58,085 nt of DNA from Chiloscyllium plagiosum (lineage: Eukaryota). Each line of letters opens with the position of its first letter. The stretch's first letter is position 1. Positions 50,714-58,085 of the stretch are shown here, piece by piece. The notes under the pieces are model-generated. The model did not search any database, was not told the origin of the DNA, and was given only the letters and a program-made list of their open reading frames with translations. The stretch covers positions 91,996,372 to 92,054,456 of the forward strand of contig NC_057719.1 of assembly GCF_004010195.1 (NCBI RefSeq), written 5' to 3'. Both the position numbers and the translations under genes were made by a program.

Positions 50714-52882
50714 AGGATAGAAAGGGAAGCAAGACAGGAGGGGGAGTGGTGTTTTTGATAAGGGATAACATTACAGTTGTACTGAGCGAGGATATTCCCG
50801 GAAATATATCCAGGGAAGTTATTTGGGTGGAACTGAAAGATAAAAAAAGAATGATCACCTTATTGGGATTGTATTATTGACCCTCAAATAGTCAGAGGGA
50901 AATTGAAAAAAATTGTAAGGAGATCTCAGTTATTTGAAAGAATAATACAGTGGTTATGGTAGGGGATTCTAACTTTCCAAACATAGACTGGGACTGCCTA
51001 GTGTTAAGGGTTTAGATGGAAAGGAATTTGTTAAGTATGTACAAGAAAATTTCTGATTCAGTATGTGGATGTACCTACGAGAGAAGGTGCAAACCTTGAC
51101 CTACTCTTGGAAAATAAGGCAGGGCAGGTGTCAGGGACAGATGTTCGCAGGTAAAGGGACGGCTGGAAAATGGGAAGCCTTCAGAAATGAGACAACGAGA
51201 ATCCAGAGACAGTATATTCCTGTTAGGGTGAAAGGAAAGGCTGGTAGGTGTAGGGAATGCTGGATTGACGAAAGAAATTGAGGGTTTGGTAAAGCAAAAG
51301 TAAGAAGCATATGTCAGGTATAGACAGGATAGATCGAGTGAATCCTTAGAAGAGTATAAAGGAAGTAGGAGTATACTTGAGAGGGAAATCAGGAGGGCAA
51401 AAAGGGGACATGAGATAGCTTTGGCAAATAGAATTAAGGAGAATCCAAAGGGTTTTTACAAATATATTAAGGACAAAAGGGTAACTAGGGAGAGAGTAGG
51501 GCCCCTCAAAGATCAGCAAGGCGGCCTTTAGTGTGGAACCACAGGAGATGAAGGAGATACTAAATGAGTATTTTGCACCAGTGTTTACTGTGGAAAAGGA
51601 CATGGAAGATATAGACTGTGGGGAAATAGATGGTGACATCTTGAAAATTGTCCACTTTACAGAGGAGGAAGTACTGGATGTCTTGAAATGGTTAAAAGTG
51701 GATAAATCCACAGAACCTGATCAGGTGTACCCGAGAACTCTATAGGAAATTGGAGAAGTGATTGCTGGGCCTCTTGCTAAGATATTTGTATAATCGATAG
51801 TCACGGGTGAGGTGCTGGAAGACTGGAGATTGGCAAAAGTGGTGCCACTGTTTAAGAAAGGCAGTAAGGACAAGCCAGGGAACTATAGACCAGTGAGCCT
51901 GGTGTCGGTGGTGGGCAAGTTGTTGGAGGGAATCCTGAGGGACAGGATTTGGACATGTATTTGGAAAGGCAAGGACTGATTAGGGATAGTCAACATGGCT
52001 TTGTGCGTGGGAAATCATGTCTCNNNNNNNNNNNNNNNNNNNNNNNNNNNNNNNNNNNNNNNNNNNNNNNNNNNNNNNNNNNNNNNNNNNNNNNNNNNNN
52101 NNNNNNNNNNNNNNNNNNNNNNNNNNNNNNNNNNNNNNNNNNNNNNNNNNNNNNNNNNNNNNNNNNNNNNNNNNNNNNNNNNNNNNNNNNNNNNNNNNNN
52201 NNNNNNNNNNNNNNNNNNNNNNNNNNNNNNNNNNNNNNNNNNNNNNNNNNNNNNNNNNNNNNNNNNNNNNNNNNNNNNNNNNNNNNNNNNNNNNNNNNNN
52301 NNNNNNNNNNNNNNNNNNNNNNNNNNNNNNNNNNNNNNNNNNNNNNNNNNNNNNNNNNNNNNNNNNNNNNNNNNNNNNNNNNNNNNNNNNNNNNNNNNNN
52401 NNNNNNNNNNNNNNNNNNNNNNNNNNNNNNNNNNNNNNNNNNNNNNNNNNNNNNNNNNNNNNNNNNNNNNNNNNNNNNNNNNNNNNNNNNNNNNNNNNNN
52501 NNNNNNNNNNNNNNNNNNNNNNNNNNNNNNNNNNNNNNNNNNNNNNNNNNNNNNNNNNNNNNNNNNNNNNNNNNNNNNNNNNNGGGAGTCCAGAACTAGG
52601 GGGCATAAGTTTAGGGTGAGAGGAGAAAGATATAAAAGAGACTTAACAAGCAACTTTTTCATGCAGAGGGTGGTACGTGTATGGAATGGGCTGCCCAAGG
52701 AAGTGGTGGAGGCTGGTACAATTGCAACATTTAAAAGGGATCTGGATGGGTATGTGAATAGGAAGGGTTTGGAGGGATATGGGCCGGGTGCTGGCAGGTG
52801 GCACTAGATTGGGTTGGGATATCTGGTCGGCATGGACAGGTTGGACTGAAAGGTCTGTTTCCATGCTGTACATCTCTATGAC
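50714..52882 (+). mobile_element. CR1 ORF2 (APE-RT) spanning the assembly gap
   Basis: GGGVVFL, NEYFAPVFT and QHGFVRGKSCL before the gap. ESRTRGHKFRVRG after it. Confidence 0.9.
52024..52583. other. Assembly gap (560 N)
   Basis: Run of N. Confidence 1.
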
Positions 52883-53689
52883 TTAACTTGCTTCCAATGC
52901 TGCAGGTTTGGAAGATGCTGTCAAAGACAAGTTGGCAAGTTGTCGCAGTACTGTGGTTACTGTGCATCAGTGATGGCTTTGATGGGGAATGGGGGAGGGT
53001 AGGGGTGAGTGCCTAAGGTGACGGATGACTGCTTACTCCGAGGTGCCAGTGTGTTTGCAGTCGCAAACACCGAGGTAAATGGGATGACATTTCATTTCAC
53101 CCTCATCTTGTAGGTGGTGAAGAGAGTTTGGGTCATGACAGTTATCAGCACCAAGAATATGGGGAATTGAAGCAGAAGTAGAGAGATGTAATATTTCTTT
53201 AAATCAAAAGGAAATTGTTAAAACGAAATCAATAGGCAGCTAGTATTGGGGGCAAATTATCACTCAAGGTTTACAATAGGCATTACAGTATATTGACAAA
53301 TATTTTTAAATCAGGAACGTTCACAAAATTCTGGTTACTGATCTCAAGCAGAATAGTGAACAATTAGCCTCAGTACTTCTGGGGAGTGAGGTGGGGGGTG
53401 GGAGTGGAGGATGAAGAAAGGGAACAAAGGGTCGGGGGAGGAAAGAAAGGGGAAGGGTGGGCAGGCACAATTGAGCTTGAGTACTCTTCGATTCAGTGAA
53501 AAATAATGCCTAATTAATTAAGATGCTCAAAACGGTGGAAACAGACCCAAACAAGTCAGGAGCTACAAGAGAAAGGAGAGATACCCTGGAGACTTTATGG
53601 CTTTTATCATCAAAATAGAATGGAAGAAATCACTGGGTAGAAGTAAGAGACACCAGAAAACACTCGAGAGTCAGCCTTGTAAAACTTAC

Positions 53690-53799
53690 TCGCAATTACT
53701 CAGCGTAGAGAGGGACGCATCCATCTTTTCAATTGGTGGTATCTGGCCATATAACTTCACCTCCACAGCTTCGGCTGCCTTCTCACCTGACCTTTCTTC
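53690..53799 (-). CDS. DNAL1: DNAL1 coding exon (equivalent to human exon 3), 110 nt: [36 protein letters not shown](E)
   Basis: Minus-strand ttttcag acceptor and gtaagt donor. Translation matches the DNAL1 motif [17 protein letters not shown]. Ends in phase 2, joining the next exon in frame. Not in the ORF track. Confidence 0.96.
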
Positions 53800-55194
53800 C
53801 TGAAAAGTCATAAATCATCCAATCCGTCATTTCGGTTTGAGGTTTGTGCTACTTTCTTACCTTCCTTCAAACACTTCTGTGCCTTCATCCTCTTCAATCT
53901 GTCATGTTCAATACCCCTACAATCCTTTCAAGAGTTCTGCACTCTCCCAACTCCTGGTCTTTTGCATACTCTGCCTCATTAACTGGCCTATTACGAGGCT
54001 ACAATTTCTCTGCCTTGACATCCTAAATTTTTGTACCTTTCAACTTTCATTTCTTCCTTTAACTTCACTCTCTCTTCATCTCTTCTCACTACTGCCTGGG
54101 GCCCAGGTATCTCCTTCCCAACCCAAGTGGACCAAAAGACCAGGTCTCTCTCATCCCCTTCAGGAATGGAGGTCAACGACTCTAAATCTACCCTTCTGGG
54201 TAAAGGGTCCGTACTGGCCAGAGATTTCAACTGTATCAATGATGCAGACGGATAATCCAGAGGGGCTGCGAGCACACCAGACGCGACATCTAGATTCCTG
54301 GGGGAAACAATTAAAGTCACCAAGATGCACGACGTCTTCAGTACCCCTGCAAATGCACCTGATACATCTGGTCACAGCAGGGCAGGTCTATCCACTCAAG
54401 AACTGATTTCCTGTTGGTGTCCCGCATGTTCTTGGCCAGATCCACTGGTGTATGGCCAGTGTTCTTCTCTGACCACTGCCTCCTGCTGGCCCACTGTCAC
54501 CTACAGAACCACCAGCATGCTGGAAAGGGAACATGGATGCTGAATTTGAAACTGTTGACCCCAGAAAACATTGAGGAGCTCAAAAGGTATTACACAGGTT
54601 GAAGAACCATGAAGCCCCTGTTTCAATCTCCAGCAGGCTGGTGGGAAATGTCAAGAGATTCTTTACCCTCAAAAGGTGTTCAGAAGGCAAGTGAGAGGCA
54701 GAGAAAACTGTCCAAATCCATAAAAACATGCAGATCCTACTCCAGCAACAGACGATGACACAGAGGTGAAGGGTCAGCAAGCCTCACTCTTTGCCTTGGA
54801 GGCCTCCAAGATAATCTTCCGGTCCAGGGTCTGCAGCATGGAGCAGGTTGAGACATGCTTCTGTTTCTTCTTCCAGAACGTGCACAAGGAGAGCTCTGTA
54901 CTCAGCAGCCTGAGGAAGATGACAGCTCGGTAACATCATCCCTGTCTGACATCCTCAGCATCCACAAATCCCTTTATGCTTGATTATATGGCACAAAGCC
55001 CAAAGACAGCGTGGCCTTCTAGTCATTACTGTTCTCTATCACAAGAGGTCTTAGATAACAGCACACCATGAGAGGGTGGACCAGCCGCGATCGCTGGATG
55101 AGCAGACCAAGGCCCTCAAGCCCCTAGAAAAGAATAAAACTACTGGCTGAGTTGTATTCAACTCTGTGGAACTAGTTTGGCCAGGATCTGCTAA

Positions 55195-55517
55195 AGATTA
55201 CTTAGATTAGATTACTTACAGTGTGGAAACAGGCCCTTCGGCCCAACAAGTCCACACCGACCCACCGAAGCGCAACCCACCCAGACCAATTCCCCTACAT
55301 TTACCCCTTCACCTAACACTACGGGCAATTTAGCGTGGCCAATTCACCTGACCTGCACATTTTTGGACTGTGGAAGGAAACCGGAGCACCCGGAGGAAAC
55401 CCATGCATACACGGGGAGAATGTGCAAACTCCACACAGTCAGTCGCCTGAGGCGGGAATTGAACCCGGGTCTCTGGCGCTGAGGCAGCAGTGCTAGCCAC
55501 TGTGCCACCGTGCTGCC
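55195..55517 (-). mobile_element. HE1-type SINE inserted in the Tx1-like LINE
   Basis: Near-consensus copy with a (gatta) tail. Confidence 0.92.
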
Positions 55518-56281
55518 GACAACAGTAGTTACTGGCAGGTAATGTGCAAATCCATAAGGAAAGGTACTATCACCTTCATCAACCAGCAGAAGGGGTTGGA
55601 GGGAGGAACTTTGAAATTGGTGACCAATTTCACTCCTGAATGCGGATAATAAATCCAGTCTCAAATCATCTGCTCTGGAACTAGTGATTCACCCCAACCA
55701 AACCTGTGCTGTACCGGGCAGGGCAATCACTTAGAGCTTCGCACTTCTCAGGAATACGATCACCTACATGAAGGACAGGGGGGTGGACCTGCTTCATCAG
55801 CCTGGAGCAGGAGAAGGCCTTTGATAGGATATTGCAAACCGAAATGTGGGACATGCTCTTTAAAAAGGGTTTTGGGGAGGGAATTCACAATCAAATCCAA
55901 TTGCTCTACACCAACATCAGCAGTGCAGTTTCAATCGAAGGGTGGGAATCCGAAAGCTTCCCGGTCAGATCAGGAGTCAGGAAGGGCTATCCACTCTCTC
56001 TTGTCTTGTTTGTGTGTTGAAGAGAGCCTTTTGCTGAATCCATCAGGAAGAACGCGGGCCTGTAAAGCATGACAGGCAGCGGAATCCTGCAGGTCAAAGC
56101 TTCCCTGTATATGGATGCCGTTGCCGTTTTCTGCTCAGATCAGCTGTCAGTATGCAGACTCATGAGCATCTCCGACTAGTTTCAGCTAGCCTCAGCAGGG
56201 AAGGTAAATCGAGGCAAGAGTGAGGCCATATGCTTTGGGAATTGGGCCAATCAATCCTTTATCCCTTTCATCATCAGGACA

Positions 56282-56402
56282 CGATTTGCAGATGCTGGTG
56301 TTGGACTGGGGTGAACAAAGTTAAAAAATCACACAACACCAGGTTATAGTCCAACAGGTTTAATTGGAAGCACTAGCTTTCGGAGCGCTGCTCCTTCATC
56401 AG
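56282..56402 (-). mobile_element. Solo Penelope pLTR end inserted in the Tx1-like LINE
   Basis: Same family as 37665-37780. Duplicated tcatcaggaca at 56271-56281 and 56396-56406. Confidence 0.85.
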
Positions 56403-57819
56403 GACAAATTACATGAAAATGCTGGGAAAATGACTCGGAGGGACTGGGGTCTCCACAGAAACTTGGGAGGATTATATCGCCAATGGTAGACAGAAACTGG
56501 GCATTAGGGAGCACTGCTCCCTCTCCACTGCGTGTTAAAAACCTGGTCATCAGGTGTGAGGCACTCTTTCTGTCATTGTAAGTGGTGCAGGTCTGGCCCA
56601 TTCCCAGAACCTGCGCTATCGCAGTGACCTGAGCCACCTTCTGCTTCATCTGGAGGTCTAAGATGGACCATGACCAGAGGGACAACATTTACAAAACTCT
56701 GCATAAGAGAGTCAAGAACGTACCCAATGTAACCCTCATCCTGCTGGCCACCTTTGTGTGTGGCTGCATCAAACTGTGCTGAGAGCATCAGTACACAAAC
56801 ATTAAGTGTCATTATATACTGACCCTACTGTTCTACTTGTCCCTGATGTTGCAATGGATGGGACCGGCCTTCTTCCCATGGAACACTCCAAATAATTAGA
56901 CTGTTCCATATCACTTATCCTTGATGGAGAAATTTGCAAAGAAAAATACCTTTGATCATAAGTTCATCAGGAAGTGGTCAGCACATAGAATCCTTGAGAC
57001 CCTGCGGGAAAAGGAGAGGGGAGATCCTGTCAGGTTGTTCCCTGAGCAGACTGTCAAAGTCTTTTGGCAGGATGCCTCATCACCAGAACTTTACAATATG
57101 CACCAAGATATCACTTGGCTGGTGGTGAGAAGGGCATTACCAGTGAGATCCTTCATGTACGCCCTGACTCTGTACACTACTACATGTCGCTTTCAAAGCG
57201 GCTGTGGCAGGGTAATGACTGTCACACATCACATGGTGGACAGTGCTTTTGCAAAGGAAGTCTGGGAAAAGATGTAGCGGTTTGGGTGGAGGTTTGTCCC
57301 AAGCAGTTCCGTGATTCTGTGCTCTACAGTCTGTTCCCCAGAGACAAACACTGACTGCGCCTGGAGGACCATCAACTTGGTGAAAGAAGCCCTTTGGTCT
57401 GCTCAAAACTTGTTGGTCTTCCAGATCAAGGAGTTGTCCCTGACGGAGTGTTGCAGACTGGCACATTCCTAGGTCCAGGACAGCGTGCTAAGGGACACAC
57501 TGAAGCTTGGAGTAGCTGCCACCAAGGCACAGTAGGCAAAGACCACCATCTAATGAGTTTCTGCTTAAGTTAAATGGGGGCCTGTTCAGCTATCGGACCC
57601 CCTAGTGCCTCAAATATTTGTAAATATACTCTTGTCTAAGTAAGGAATGCCTTTGGTTTGTTTTGTTGGATAGAATCAAACTTCAATGTTTGTTTCTCCA
57701 TATGCTACTGTGCAGAACAGAACTGCTTTAGTGACTATGTATGTACATAAAGATATTTTTATGAATAAAGCATGTTTTTGAAATAAACAAAGTTACATTC
57801 AGGACAGGATATTCCTGTC

Positions 57820-58085
57820 CAGATCTGTCTCCCCTGCCTCGCATATGCCTGCCCCCTTCCCAAGTCCTCTCACCGCCACCCCTTTCCCCCCACATCCAAC
57901 ATCTTCTTACCCCCACCAACTATCTCTACTATCTACTCCCAAATAATTCCCCAAACATCCTCCCACCACCACCTCAATCCAATCCCTTCCCACTGCTACC
58001 ATCCCCTCTTCCTTACACTTTCCCACTTCCTTACTCTTCCCTATATAGTACTCCCATGTCCTTCTCTCCCCACCCTCTTTCTTTC
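57820..58085. repeat. C/T-rich low-complexity tract
   Basis: Runs of ccc and ccct with very few G. Confidence 0.7.

Larger units (their letters stand above)
53960..57790 (+). mobile_element. Decayed Tx1/L1-clade LINE ORF2 (APE-RT-zinc finger)
   Basis: DFNC, FFSDH, GTWMLN, KAFDRI, SGVRKGYPLS, YMD, and a C-terminal Cys/His region (WLVVRRALPVRS...). Ends gaataaag...gaaataaa. The 5' boundary is approximate. Confidence 0.85.

Noticed and set aside
51949..52807. Long ORFs in several frames
   Set aside because: Artefacts of translating through the N gap.
53381..53465. G-quadruplex-like G runs (also poly-G near 18459 and 31858)
   Set aside because: Ordinary low-complexity or homopolymer sequence with no evidence of function.
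53837..54406. 189-aa ORF
   Set aside because: Low-complexity intron sequence running into an off-frame Tx1 endonuclease remnant.
1..58085. CRISPR arrays, operons, or retron/DGR-type RT systems
   Set aside because: The DNA is a vertebrate intron/TE landscape. All RT motifs belong to CR1, Tx1 or Gypsy elements, and no repeat-spacer arrays are present.

Overview
This is eukaryotic, repeat-rich vertebrate DNA, not prokaryotic. HE1-type SINEs with (TAATC)n tails, HER1/CR1 LINEs and Deu-domain SINEs point to a shark, probably a carpet or bamboo shark (inference). The only host gene I can support is DNAL1 (dynein axonemal light chain 1) on the minus strand. Six coding exons (53799-53690, 50569-50514, 49467-49412, 44165-44039, 25229-25089, 24741-24698) have GT-AG introns and splice into one open frame from EERSGEK... 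to ...EEEAED*. The first two exons lie beyond the right edge. Most of the rest is decayed transposable elements: many nested CR1/HER1 fragments, about ten HE1 SINE copies or fragments, a Gmr1-type Gypsy element (integrase before RT), Penelope-like elements, a Tx1/L1-like LINE, a Mutator (MULE) derivative with an internal inversion and two pogo/Tigger-type MITEs. There is a 560-N gap. Most ORFs in the supplied track are TE fragments or noise. The most unusual structures are (i) short, TSD-flanked, mostly palindromic Penelope-end inserts with hammerhead-ribozyme-like cores, (ii) a perfect 411-bp inverted duplication, and (iii) a 102-bp fold-back hairpin in a DNAL1 intron. I see no firm evidence of a wholly new biological system.
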